A stretch of DNA of 64,000 nt from Camelus dromedarius (Eukaryota). Positions 50,583-64,000 of the stretch are shown here, piece by piece. The notes under the pieces are model-generated. The model ran no database searches, was not told the DNA's origin, and saw nothing but the letters and a program-made list of their open reading frames with translations. Numbering within the stretch: the first letter of the stretch is position 1; each line of letters begins with the position of its first letter. The translations under genes were made by a program, and so were the position numbers. Where the stretch lies: NCBI RefSeq assembly GCF_036321535.1, contig NC_087437.1:66900001-66964000 (forward strand). Reading direction: 5' to 3'.

Positions 50583-52597
50583 TTGCAGATGAAGAAAAGG
50601 AGGCTTAAAGAGATTAATTACTTGGCCCAGGTCACGTTGCTAGATAATGCAAAAGCTGAGATTCAAACCCAGATCTGCCCAGCTCCAGATCATTTACTTA
50701 ACATCGTACTTTGTAAAGACTTGCAACATGGTTAATACTTTCAGTAGGAAACAAAACAAAACAAAACACCTTGCTCACTTCCTCACCAAGCCTGGAGCAG
50801 AGAGAGCAGATACTACATTTCCCCGCTGAGATGAGCCTGTTTGCAAAGGTCAGACTCTCCAGGCGTCTCTTCATTCACTTTTCTACGTTCTTGCCTCTGT
50901 AGCCCCTCGAAACCGCACTAATGTTTGTGCATTTCCCCCAGACCCAGTGCTGCACCCACACCTTGTTCCAGAAAGTCCAGCTAGATGTATCCCAGACCTG
51001 CGGTGCCCCCGCCCGCGCCTGGGAGCAGGGTTCTTCAGAGCAAGAGGGGCAGACGTGCAGGTCGGGGTGAGAGCCAGCGCTCACAGCCCCTCCGCGGCCG
51101 CTGGTATTGACACTAGGCTGGTGTCTGGAAGACCTAAAGCATGTGCTGCATCCCCTAAACAGCCACAAACGTCAAGAGGGGTGGCTGCCAAGTGTAGGCT
51201 TCTGGCAGCTCGCAGGGTGGTATACTGGCTGTGTCTAACGGTGAGCACACCGGACTTGGGGTTAGAAGGCCAAGGTTCAAACCTGGTCTTGCTCGGTCCT
51301 TACTGGGTAAACCTGGCAACACCAACTCAGTGTCTATTTCCTCACTTATAAAATGGATAAAACACATCTCATTTGATGGGATTATTGTGACCGCTGACAT
51401 AAAAGATGTGGAGGTGATTGGTAAATACCAAGATCGTTTGCAGACATAAGAAACTATGAATAATAACCAGGAGGCTATTTAGGAAGGGCAGGCTCCTGGA
51501 CTGCGGCTTTGCAGTATGTGCTAGTGACCCCGGAGGCCTAGGAGGGAGGTTTTCACGGTTACTGGTCCCACCGCCAAGGCGTCTAAGCTGATGTGAAGCA
51601 GCCCCTTTCACCCTCCCTCTGCTCCCTGCTTAGGCACTGCTCTGGGGGAGGGTCCTAAAAGCCTTGCTAACCTCCCATCCTTGCTCCTCTTTATTTTCCA
51701 TGGAAGGATTCATGGGGGGACGATCTCTTTGGGAGAGGAGGAAAAGCTTCCCAGTTGTGCTCAGGGTACGGCCAGAATCAGGTACCAGGCAGCATGTCCA
51801 GACGGGAGGGCCCTCTGTGCATTCCAACAGCATTCCTCAACGGTTAACACCCGCTGCTGGGCCTCATCCCCTGGCTTTGGCCAGTTCTGCAGCCTCTGGT
51901 CCAGACTGCCAGGTGATGCAGAGATGACCCTTGAGTTTCCTCCTCTGTACTGGGGCTGCTTTCTCCCTGACACAGAAATTACTCAGGGAGGACTCTGTTC
52001 TGCTCTCCTTGTGCATTCTTTCCTCCTGGTATCAACCTACAAAGGGCTCCCTGCACTTCACTGCAAGAGTCTCCAAAGCAGGAGGAGGCTCTGGGACCCT
52101 GTTTTATTTGTCTTTCTAGGTCCAAAGTTGCACAGTGCCTTACATGTGGCAGGCCCTCGGTAAATTATTTTGCTCAGTAAAAGGGCAGATGAAATAAATT
52201 TTAAAAATGTGTATTTAAATGAATGAAGAATATATGAGTGAATGATTTGTCTAGACCTTTATTACAGAACAGGTTGGATGTAGAACAGGATGTAGAACGA
52301 ACATGAGCTTTGGATAGACCCAGGTTTGACTCAGCTCCACCACTTAGCAGTTCTGTGACCTCTGGTAGTTACTTAATCTTGTTAAGCTTTATCTCTGAAC
52401 GGGTGTGGTAATACTTAAAGGGTTCATGAGAAAATGACATGAAAAAATATGTGAAGTTCTAGCACTATTAGTTACCCAACCAATATTACTTTTCTTTACT
52501 TTTGCCTCAGTTTCTTGAAGCAGACAGACCAGAGCAGATAGTGAATGGTAAAGGCATCTAATTCTAGAGATTTAATTTCATTCTAAAACAGAGCCAC

Positions 52598-52838
52598 ACT
52601 GGGAATGTAAATTGGTGCAGCCACTGTGGAAAACAGGAGGCTTCCCAAAAAACAAAAACTAGAGCTACCATATGACCCAGCAATTCCACGTCTGCCAATA
52701 TGTCTGGAAAAAAAATCCCACTGATTCAAAAAGATACATGCACCGCAATGTTCATAGCAGTGTTATTTACAATTGCCAAGATAGAGAAGCAACCTAAGTG
52801 TCCATCAACAGATGAATGGATCACAAAGATGTGGTGTT

Positions 52839-52869
<31 letters not shown>

Positions 52870-53312
52870 CACAATGGGATACTAAAAAAGAATGAGATTT
52901 TTCCATTTGCAACAACGTGGATAGACTTGGAGGGTATTAAACTAAGTGAAATAAGTCAGACAGAGAAAGACACCTACTGTATGATATCACTTATATGTAA
53001 AATCTAAAAAATACAACAGACTAGTGAATATAACAAAAAAGAAGCAGACTCACAGATACAGAGAACAAACTAGTGGTTACCAGTTGGGAGTAGGCAGGGC
53101 AATATAGGGGTAGGGGATTAAGAGGTGTCAACTATTATGTATAAAATAAGCTACAGGATATATTGTACAGCACAGGGGATATAGTCAACATTCTATAATG
53201 ACTAAATAGAGTATAACCTTTAAAAATTGTGAATCACTATATTGTACACCTGTAACTTGTATAATATTGTACATCAAGTATACTTCAATTAAAAGAAATA
53301 AAAAAAAAAAAC
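52598..53312 (+). mobile_element. L1 3' fragment (about 0.7 kb)
   Basis: L1 ORF2 C-terminal remnant (KDTCTAMFIAVLFTIAK..KQPKCPSTDEWI, FATTWIDLEGIKLSEISQ), A-tail, and flanking AGCCACA repeats. Confidence 0.9.
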
Positions 53313-54107
53313 CAGCCACATTTTCAAAGGAAATACAGAAATAAGGTTTCAATATGCAATGCTCATGTCTAAACCCAGAGCAGATTCTGACTGAAACAAG
53401 AGTAGGAGCCTGAACCTCCCGGGGCCTCCCCTCACCAGCTGTAAACTTCCTCACCACAGAACTTGCCCGAGAGTGGCTGTAAACAACTGCTCTAGAACTA
53501 ACAAAAGAAACAGGTAGGCAAATCACTAAGTTCAGAAGGTGGTTATCCAAGAAGTTAGAAGAAGCTCAAGAGTGAAGTTGGAAAACCTTGGTCCAAGTGT
53601 GTAGGTTGCTATTACCTAGTCTCTCAGTGGAACACTTCTAGGAAAGGCTCCTGGAAACCTGGGGCAAGTTTACTTCCATAATAGACCAGCAGGAGGAATC
53701 TCTCATAGAGGGTTGTGTTCCTGATACACTTAGAGGAAAGGAAACGTGACTTCTATGGAAGGAAATGATCAGACCTGCTAATCTTTTAGCGTTCTTGGGA
53801 GGCTATTTGATGCCTGTGCACAAGGGCAAACGAATGAACTTATTTAGGTTGAAAAAAGAAAGACTTTGAAAAAGTTCCACACTGATGGCTATTTAAAAAA
53901 AAAAAAAAGACATTATGAATTTGTTGACATTTCCAGAGAGGACAGGCATGGAGGGAGAGCAAAAAGGAGGGACACGTGGGCCCTTTTCTACATACAGAAT
54001 ACAAACTGTGGTGTTCTCTGGGACCTGGAGTAGTTGTGCCTTAAGAAGTTAATAACTTCTTGAGTTTTGTCTCTGCTGCCTGATAAGAAAGTATCAAAAT
54101 TAACACC

Positions 54108-54561
54108 GTCCAATGATTAATTTTATGCATCAACTTGACTAGGATATGGTGCCCAGTTATTTGATCAAATATAATACCAGTTTGTACATTGCTGTGAAGA
54201 TATTTTTTAGATGTAATTGATGTTTAAATTAGTAGACTTTGCATAAAGCAGATTACCTCCATGATGTGGGTGGGCCTCATGCAATCAGTTGAAGGGCTTA
54301 AGAGCAAAGACTGAGCTTTTCTGAAGTAGTTCTGCCTCCTCAAGACTGTAACATAGAAACCCTGTCTGAGTTTCCAGTTTGCAGAGTTCAGACTCAAGAC
54401 TGCAACTTCAGCTTCTTTCCTGAATTTTCAACCTGTTTGGCCTGCTCTACAGATTTCAAACTTGCCAGCCCCCATCACCACATAAACCAATTCCTTAAAA
54501 GAAATCTTTGTCTCTCTATATATTCTATTGGTTCTGTTTCTATGAAGAACCCTGAATAATA
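54108..54561. mobile_element. ERVL LTR (MLT2-like)
   Basis: tgattaattttatgcatcaacttgactagg...taaagcagattacctccatgatgtgggtgggcctc...tattggttctgtttctatgaagaaccctga. Confidence 0.7.
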
Positions 54562-57257
54562 TATTCCTAATTTAAATTGATTTATATTTCTGATAGAAGC
54601 AAAAATAATCATTTTCTGATGTTTTCTGAGACCATTTTACCCTTTCTTTTCAATTCCCACTGCCAGCTCCTAACTTGTGACTCAGATGGATTCACCAGCC
54701 TCTGTTCCCATTACATACAGTGCTTCCAGGCTGAACTTTCTAAAGCAGAGGCTCTCAAATGACCCTGCAGAGCACAGAGGTTCTGCCTACTCGGGCAACA
54801 TGTTTTGATGTCAAAATTGAAGAATTGCAGTCATTTCCTAATCTGAAGAAAAATTAAAGATCAAAATTTGTCATTTTAATGCCTGTGTTTATAATAGGCC
54901 GATTATTAGAGTAACGCATATTTGATGAAAATGGGTAATAAACCATATTTCAAAGTCTAAAAAAAGTTCTCATTTTAAGCATTTTCCTCTCCCAAATTTT
55001 TCTTAGATCTTGGGTGCCCACTACCACCTGTCTAGCCAAAATCTAGTTTGTAGTATGAATTAGGCCAAAATGGTTTACTTAGTTATTTGAAATCTAACAT
55101 GTCAATCCTTAGGGTGTTCCACAAAGATAAACATGCCTTCTAAGTGCCAGCCACTTAATCCTGAGATGCACTGTCTTAAAACACAGCTCTGGGTTTAGGT
55201 CACGCCCCTGCTTAAACACTTCCAGAGGCTCCCTATAGCCTCAATTCAAAGGTGGTTTTTGCTGATCGCTCCTGTTCAACCACAAGCTTGGCCACCAGCT
55301 CCTTCTTATACCTGTTGCCAGATGGCTCCACCTGTCCGCCCATTCGCCCTTGCTGACCAATCTCTCCAAACCCAAATTTCTCCCATCCTACTCTTTTGCA
55401 CTTAAATTTGAGAAATTTTTGGCTTTCCAGCTCTTGGAGGCAGACTAATGACTTCCCTTTGCTGTATCTGCAGTGTTTGTCCAGCCCCCATAATTTCATT
55501 CTCTTCCTGGCCCACAGAAGAGAGGTGGGAGGACCCAAGAGAGAAAATGCACACTCCTTAGCTTGTATTCAGTAGGTACCACTAGGTTCCAAATGGCCTG
55601 CCTTCCTCATCTCCTCTGAGTGTTCTCTCGTTTCTGCTTCTTGAACACTTTACCATCTTCTGAAGCTCAGCTGAAAAACCTTTTCTCTCCCCAGCTACCC
55701 TTGCCCAGAGTCAGCCTGCCTTCCCCACCTCCCTCCCTCTGCCCTAAGCAAACAGCTCTCCAGGGGAGCCCACACTGTGTCCTGTTTGGTGGGTGTGCGC
55801 ACGCACGTAGCTTCTCTCCCCTACTGGCCTCAGCCATGGCCATGGCAATGTATCCTGGCCCTCTGTTACCTTTTTTCTTTTTCTTTCTTTTTTGGTTACC
55901 TCTTGTCTGTACCCAAGTTTGTTAATAAGTTAGTTCTGAACCCACAGAGGAATAGATTGCTGTTCATTAAAAAAGTCACTTTGACAAATAATTGCACAAA
56001 AGAAACAAAGTTATAAGCTTTCAAATTAATTGAAGAGTGACATACCTAGAAGTCAGTGATTACACTGTTGGTAGTTTTTGTCTTACTGAGAAGGTATGTG
56101 ATTAGGGAGAAACCCTGAGAGGGAAAAGGGCCCTAGGAGAGGGAAGAGCCTCGACAGATGAATCTCCTAACTCAGGATCTGCGGGCTGGGGGCTGTGCAT
56201 GGAGCCTGGCCCTGATAAAGTGGTGTGTCTCCCCTTTCCCCACTTCCCTTTTAGACCCCAGAGTGTATGAGCTCTTGCAAATATGGGGTTTACTGCAACT
56301 TCCCTGTGTTATTCCAAAGTAGCGCTTCCTTCGTATATATTTGGCTTTTTTCCCCTTTCCTTTCCTTTCTTCTTTTTTGTTTGTTTGTTTGTTACTTGGG
56401 AGGGCTAATAAGGAAGCACATGGGATGGAGTGAATTTTAAAAAGTGGGATGGTAGAGTGCAGAGGATGTAGTAGCAGCTATCCACTTCAGAAACGATACT
56501 GCCCCTGAACGAAAGTGTCTAGTTCTCCTCAAAGTGTTTTCCACACCCAGGAATAGCCCCCGTGAGCCCCACCCTGTGGAAGGCTGCCCAGTGGCCTGGC
56601 ACCATGATGATTTACTCAAATTGCACAACATCCTGGGAGTTCCTTTGCTCTGAGGAGTGCAGACTTTTTGAAAGGCTGGAATTTTATTTTTCTTGTGCCT
56701 TCCTTCAGTTTGTTTTCTTCTAATAATTATTCGTCTCCATGGTGTTGATGTTTCCAGACACATTGAATAGGTCTCAAAACCATTGCTCACTAAACAAACC
56801 CATTTTCAAAGCAGAAGAAAACGAAGTGAGACTCACTCACCAGGCATGAGATCATTTTTTCTCAAGTTCATTACTTCTTTTACTCACCCAAGTTTATTGG
56901 ACCAGAGTACACACAAACCACACCTCACACTTTATAGCTCATGCTAGTGAAATTTGGATTGACAAAGGGAAAAAAAAAAAAAGGAGAAATAGGGGAAGAA
57001 ACAAATAATAGGTTGTTATCTTAGCCCTGACTCTGAAACCCAGAACAAGATTAGACAGTTGTCTGACTTGGACGTGAGGATAAAGATGGCTGTGGAGATG
57101 AGATCAGGACAATTGCTGGTCTGCTCAGATTTACGGTATGATAAGTCCTGGGCATGATGAAAGGAGGAGTCTGTTTCCGTGGCCGTGATACCCATGGCCC
57201 ACAGCATCCATTAGTCTTTCTTGCTTTAAAGCCCTACACCTGCTCTGACCAAGGTGG

Positions 57258-57420
57258 TAACTAGTAAAGGCATGTAGCTATTTTCATTAGAATTAATTCA
57301 GTTAAGTACAATTAAAAATTCAGTTCTTTATTTGCACTAGCCACTTTTTAGGTGCTCAGTAGCCATATGTGGTGAGTGGCTGTTGTATGGAATATTTCCA
57401 TCCTCACAGCACTGCTCTAG
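57258..57420. mobile_element. MER3-like hAT MITE
   Basis: attaaaaattcagttc...gcactagccactttttaggtgctcagtagccatatgtgg. Confidence 0.6.
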
Positions 57421-57911
57421 ACCCCTGATGTTTGTTTGCTGTGCTGACCTCAGAGTGATCACCCACCTGAAGTCAAGGACTAAGATGTAAGCAATACTCA
57501 GGTGTTTGCAGCCAAGTAAGAACCTTGGGTGTGGGCAATGCCGGTGGGATGCCCAGCCCCAGCGCAGGAACACTCTGGAGATTCCCTGGGGGAGGTGAGA
57601 TTAAGGTACCTCCTCTTGAATTTGACCTGTGTCCCAGTTGGGGGGCAGTGATCCATCAGGGGTGCAGGCAACTTGCATGGCCATGAGGCCCAGATTCCAG
57701 CACTGGGGTCAAGCATATTCTAGAGCTGATCAGTGTTTGCTCTGAGTAAGAATGTAAGCAGGCGAGGTCAAAGAAATTCTGAGATTTCATTTGTTTTTCT
57801 TATCTACATGGTGTCTAAGTTCCTCTTGTTATTTCCAAATCTATGATTCTTTCCAGGTGGTTAAAAAATAGATGAGCTGATTGCTGATTTTTAGGCCTAT
57901 TGTTGCAGAAA

Positions 57912-57949
<38 letters not shown>

Positions 57950-60900
57950 GTTGTAGCAGAAAGCAAAATAAGAAAATTTCCTCCTCATTGAGAAAGGTTA
58001 ATCAAAAGAAAAACCATTTCTTTATAAAGTTCGAAAACTATATAACCCAAGTTAAATATATATATAATTGAAATATGTGTGTATATATATATAAACTGAG
58101 TTCTTTCTTATGCTTAGTTATTCTATTCAGACAAAAATGTTGCTTAACACCAAGAAAAAAGTTATTCACCACAAACCCTTGTATTATTTAATCAGTAAAA
58201 AGTTTTGCCTTAAGCTATTTTCTTTCCCAAGAAATCTTTAATAAAGGACCAAAATACTTTTTAAAAAAATAATAATTTTAAAAAAGACATTAAAATTAAT
58301 AAAAATTCAAAATGTCTTAAAAATCTTTAAAGCCAGTTATCAGTTAAGGATTTTAAACCCATAAACATAAACATAAAATAATACTAGTATTCTTTGAAAG
58401 TTAATCTATATTATGTATAGAAATGTCATTAGAACAAAAAATTTGATTTGTGAATCCTGGTGGATCAACCAGGTCTGATCTGGTATTTTTACTCTGGAAA
58501 AGAGTAAAAATAAGTTATGTGAAAATAACATTGTATAGATGAAGCTAATTTGTTGATCTTTTCAACATTTATTAAGCAGAATTGCTTCAGAGGAGAAACA
58601 CCGGTAAATTGCCTTACAAATCCCATTACGAGTTGGCAGGACCAGATGACATCTGGCAAGAAGACTAAGGCACTTCTTCTCTGCTAGGCTAAGGGACAGA
58701 TTCTTAAGAAATGTCGTGACCTGTTTCCTTAATTTTTCTTTTGCTTTTCGGACTCTACAAGGAAACTGAGGGTCCACGAAGGTGTCTGTCTATCTGGGAT
58801 TTACTCAGGAGATTAAAGTTTTCACAAGGCTTTTGGATTTTTCTTGGCCTTTCTGTAAGGTGATCATCAGGATGGATGAATAACACCCCCCAGGAGAACT
58901 ATCTCAGTTCTGAGAACAGGACAATACTGAAGGGGTTAAAAAAGCAGTCTGTACAGTTTAAAGTAAAAGAGAACAGAACACTCACAATATCCTAAACTAC
59001 AGAAAATGACAGGTCATATTCATCAGGAAATTAACATCTTCCCCTCTCCCTTGCACTCAGCTAGCTCCCCTCACAGGAAAGCAACCCAACCCCTGAGAGT
59101 GCAGTTATCTTCCCTGCCCCGGGAAGGGGTCTACTCACCGTTCCCTCTCCTCCTCCTGGTGGCACTGGGCCGGCCTGCTCTGCACGCTGCTGCTCTGGCC
59201 TGAGGTGCTTTTCTACCTTGCACCAGCCCTTTGAGCTGTGGGGACCAGGGAAGGGTGGTCTGTGATTGGGAGAAGGCATCTCACATGGGCTGAGCCTGAT
59301 GCTGCCTGAGCCTGCCTCACGGAGGCCGGAAGTAACAGGAAACTCAGCCAGTAGATTTCGGCTACTTTGGAATGTGTGATTCTGACAGATGGAAGTACCT
59401 TGACAGGGCTCAGCTCACCACTCCCCTGGATTCCTCGTAGGTCTGGGCTTTCCTCGAACACACACTCAGGGCTTTGGTTTTGACTTTGGTTTGATTTGTT
59501 TTTGTTGGTGTGATTCGATCTTTCATTCTGCTTTTGTGCATTAATAGGCCTCGCTGCTGTTCTGACTGCTGAGTCCCACTGGCACGCACTTCTCTGTCCA
59601 GGGCCATGTGTAGTTCTGTTTCTATAACTGGCATACACTGTATTTACAGGGGGAGTAATTGTCCCAGAAGTGCTCACACTGAGTTGGCCCAAAGTCTCAG
59701 AAGGGGCCAGAGGTCTGGAAACAAAGAGATGGGGAGAAATTCAGACATAGAGAGAGGGATCAATTACTTGATGATGTCCAGTGAATTTCTTCCTCCCCTC
59801 CCTTCCCTCCTGTGTCTTTTCTCCTTTCCTCTGGAGCTGCCATGTGTCATACACAGCATCATCCACATCTGAACAAAAGAAGTGTTTCTTTCTATGGCTG
59901 AGTAACATACCACAGAGAGACGCAGAGCAGTTTATTTAGGCTAGTATTGCTGATGAGTCATCGCAGGAATGTCAGAATTTACTGAGTACCTTAATCAGTA
60001 GCTTCGGGAGTTCTCATAGGTCAGGACCATCCCTGGAACAGGTTAGGTTGTTTAGGAACAGACTGCTTTGCCTCCATTTCCCTCAGTCACTCAGCAGCAG
60101 TCGACAGAGCTGATGGCTCCATCCTTCTGGTACTGCTTTCCTCTTCTGGATTCCATTATCCCATCTTCTCTCTGTGCTTCTACTCTCTGGTTGTTCCTTC
60201 TCAGTTCCCATTGCTGTCTCTCCCCATCCGTGGCCTGACCAATTACATAGAAGACTCCAGGGCTCGGGTCCAGTTCCCAGCTCAGAATCTAGCTCTGGAA
60301 CGGCACTTCCGTTGAGAGTCAGCCCCCACAACCGTCATTCATTCCCGCTACTTCCTGGTAGGAAGTTCAAAAGAAATAAAATGTCTCTGTCTGGATTTAA
60401 TGGTAATAGTAAGAATTCTAGACCTTTGTCTCCTTACAAATACAGCTGTATTTCCTTTCTTTTCCCCTGGAAACATTTTTTTCTTTCCCTGGCCATCAGC
60501 TTTTGAAGAACAGTGAATTCGTCGTGGCCTCTCTTAATTTGATATTTACTAAGTATATAGGCTTTTGGTTTTTTAAAGTTTTTGTTTATTTTATTAGACT
60601 TGGGGAAAGAAGTTTCTGTATGCAATTTAAAGCTACCCTCTTAATCAGAACTGTTCTGAGAGCTTTTAAGACAATAAATCAGACTTTGTTGTTCCTCAGT
60701 TTAAGAGAGTCCAGTGGTTCTCTTTGCACTCAGCATAAGGTCCAAACTCCTCACCATGACTTTCAAGTTGCCATGTATTCTTCTTCAACTTCATGAGGTA
60801 CTACTTGCACCCTATGTACATATGCCCTGACCACAGGGCCTTTGCACTTGCTATTCCTGTTAGTGGAAATCCATTTCTCTTGGTGGTTCCCAGGGCTGAC

Positions 60901-62786
60901 TCCTTATCATCCTTCAAGTGCAGATCAGCTCTTGCTTCCTCTGAGAAGACTTTCCTTATGTCCCTCCCTAAAGGACTCTGCCCTCTCCACACCAGTTACT
61001 TTCTCTCATATAATCATGTTTTATTTCCTTTGAAAAATACTCACACTTGGATATTACCTTGTTTATTTATTTGTTGTCTTTCTTCTGCTGCTCTTGCTTC
61101 TTCACCAAAACTAGAATAGTTTCAAATGAATGAATGAATTTCTGATTCGAGAGGTTTAGGGTAAGTTAGATCTACTCAGTCCTGGTGGTTGGGGGTGGAG
61201 GTGGGGTCAGGAAATTATTGCATTAAATAGTGCTTGAGAAGAGCCACAAGTGTGTGACCAAAATGTCAATTACAGGAAGGTATCTGCATTTCTTTAAGTA
61301 TTGCCCTAAATTGTTCTCTGCCTTAAAAACAACATTCATTGTTCTATTCTGATTACCAAATGAATGTATATTCATCATAGAAAATAAAAATCACTGTACT
61401 TGCTTACTCAGTGATAAACCCAAGAAGCATTTTGGTGTAGAATCATCCCTTTAAGAGCTATCTGAGGTATGATTACGTGTCAGGTACAGTACTAACAGAA
61501 TGAAACAGACAAAATCCTTACCCTCATGGCATTTTCAATCTTTCTTTTTTGCATTTCCTCCCAAGTAATTGGGATCATACTTACAGTCTTCTACACCAGT
61601 TATTTTGACTTACAATACAGTACAGACATTTCCCTATGGGACTTTTCTTCAGCATCATTTTAATGGATGTATTGTATCCCACCGTATGAATATCCTATTA
61701 TGTACTTATTAAATCCTTCAGGTTGAAAATTCAGATTTTTCAGTTCTTCAATATTATAAATAACGCTGTGGAGAATATTCTCGTACAGAAAATTTTAAGC
61801 ACAACTCATTATTTTCTTCATACAAATTCCTAGAATTAGAATTTCTGACTAAAGGGCATGTTCATTCTAAGGTTTTTGGATTTGTATTATCATGTTGCAT
61901 TCCAGAGTGGCTGTAAAATGCATAACCCCCACAGCAGTGTGAAAAAGTGCCCATTTCTCTGCACTTTAGGCCACATTAGGTATCATCCATAAATTTTTGT
62001 TTATAAAAATATTGAATTGGTGTCTTTTTTTTTTTTAAACACCTTTGGCTACTTACATGTTTTCTTCAGTAAGTTTCCCGTTTATGTTCTTGGCTCTCTT
62101 TTTTGACTGGGGGTATTTGTAATTTTAGGAGTTGGTTTGTGGGAACTTACTACATGTTTAGGCTATTGACCTGCCATGTTCACTGCAAATATTACTCTCT
62201 ATTAATCATTTGCCTTTTTGCTAACATTTTTCATAGATTAAAAAAAATTTTTTTCAATGATATAAATATTCTTAATAACGTCCGCCTTTGGCATGATGCT
62301 TAAAAAGGGCTTTCTAATTTAAGATTTCCTATTTTCCTGTTCTTTTCTTTCAGTCTGTCTCTTTTCTATGTTTAACTCTATATATGTAAATAGTATATAG
62401 TTATATATGTATATGTATGTTGTTGCATGATATGGGGTAGATCCAACTATAGTCATCCAAATAATTAAACAATAATTACAGCAACATTAATTGGATGCAT
62501 AGAATTTCATTGCATGGATATGTCACAATTTATCTGATCAATCTGTGGTTGGACAATTATCCCCACTTTTTTCTCATTGTAAACATTTGATACAAAACTT
62601 CTCTGTAAAATTGTCCAGGGTCAGTATGATTTCTGTAAGTGTAATTTGACTCCACGCATGACTTCATTGTGGGGTGATTTTGGTGTTGACAAGGTGTGGC
62701 TCTGGTGGTAGGCAACTGAAATAGAGTGTAAAGGTCATGAGAAAGGAGGAGTCCTTTGTTACTCACAGCTCCCTGCTGTCCCGCGT

Positions 62787-62900
62787 ACCTGCCCACGCTG
62801 CACTTGGGGCTGTCCGAGGAACTGCCCGGAGAGCATCCCCCTGCGCCTCACTGCCTCTGTGGGTTCCGAGGACAGGAGTCTGCTCCAGTTTATCCATCAT
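62787..62900 (-). promoter_or_regulatory. UPK1B: Candidate UPK1B promoter and non-coding exon 1
   Basis: Local CpG cluster. The minus strand has GATAAA near 62890, then a GC-rich segment ending at donor GGCAG|GTACGC (about 62787), with a second donor CT|GTGAGT at about 62766. Confidence 0.4.
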
Positions 62901-63584
62901 TGCTGCCCCAGCTGCTCTCTGTCTTCAGAAATCATAAAAATCTCTGGTTTCTCTTCCTACTGTTTTGAGTATTAAAATGGGTCTGCTTCTTTTTGTAAAT
63001 ATTTACTGCAATTTTAATGGAATTTGAGGAGGACTGCTTTTGCTTTTTCAAAAACATTAAAACACAAAATTAGGCAGATTACTGAACTCTGCCTATTGGA
63101 ATCCTCTCTGTTCACAATAATAGGCCACACACTACCATTGTCTATCTGGTGTTAGTTTGTTGCAAATTCTGCCAATACTACAAGGAAAAAAATAGCTTTT
63201 TGAGAGCCTAATAAGGCGCTGGCACGCTAATATTGTTTGCCACTCATAAAATCACAATTCTCTTTGTCTGAGTTTTAGCCTTACCATGTTTCCAGTCCCA
63301 TCATTGGCACGAAGATTCAAGCACAGCTACACAGCCATCTGGAACCATACTTGCCTGCACCCCATACACAAAACTAGACGCATGTGAGCACAAAAACATC
63401 AAGAGACAATGATGCTTATGTACTCACAACTTCTTATTCACAAGACTAGATAGGTTGGTATTGTGTTAACAAAAACGTTGATGACATAAGAGCAAAATAA
63501 GGTACGTGGAGGAGACTGGGTGAGTAAAACAGAATGAGTTAGACAAGAAATAATAGGCTTTATCGTGGAAAGCATTTCCCCAAA

Positions 63585-63725
63585 TATACATATATATATA
63601 TATGTCAAATCATTACATTGTACACCTTAAACTTATATATATACATATATGTACATACACATGTATATATGTACATTTGTATATATACACACATAATATG
63701 TATACAGGTATATATCAAATTATTA
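63585..63725. repeat. (TA/CA)-rich low-complexity tract within an old L1 end
   Basis: Degenerate TATACA repeats with L1-like cattgtacaccttaaac units. Confidence 0.6.
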
Positions 63726-64000
63726 CATTATACGCCTTAAACTTGTATTTCAGTAAAGCTGGAAACACATGCACAAACGTACGTACACACATATGAAATA
63801 ACAAGAGGCTAATTTAAAAGAAAATAAAGCGTGTACAAAAGGCCAAAGAGTAAAACTAGGGAATTTGTAAAGAATGTGGGGAACAGGAGGATAATTCTCC
63901 TTGAAGGCTCAGGTATTCCAGTTTCTTTTGTTTCTGATTCTGTTTCTGTTTCTCCTTCACTTTCCTCTGTTCATACAGTGAACTTAAAAATACTAGTCTC

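Noticed and set aside
52700..53007. ORFs resembling a conserved protein
   Set aside because: They are frameshifted remnants of the L1 ORF2 C-terminus.
1..64000. Novel multi-gene or prokaryote-type system (operon, CRISPR, defence locus)
   Set aside because: The window is explained by two known spliced mammalian genes plus interspersed repeats. I found no repeat-spacer array and no unexplained long coding region.

Overview
Mammalian genomic DNA, probably a camelid (inferred from a tRNA-derived SINE of the camelid Vic-1 type). It holds two complete, convergent multi-exon genes. B4GALT4 (+ strand) has a CpG island at the window start and six coding exons at 10214-26143; the spliced CDS is 1035 nt (344 aa) with intact DVD and WGWGGEDDD motifs. 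UPK1B (- strand) has seven coding exons at 47642-34950; the spliced CDS is 783 nt (260 aa tetraspanin). All coding splice junctions are GT-AG and in frame. The rest is intronic or intergenic DNA with solo LTRs, L1 3' fragments with target-site duplications, SINEs, DNA-transposon relics and microsatellites. The most unusual structure is a 174-bp inverted duplication with one mismatch (1332-1505 / 1943-2116). It copies the TATA and poly(A) part of a solo LTR into sense orientation in the first intron of B4GALT4. I found no evidence of a new multi-gene system. Most ORFs in the track are spurious. Repeat family names and human comparisons come from memory and were not checked against a database.
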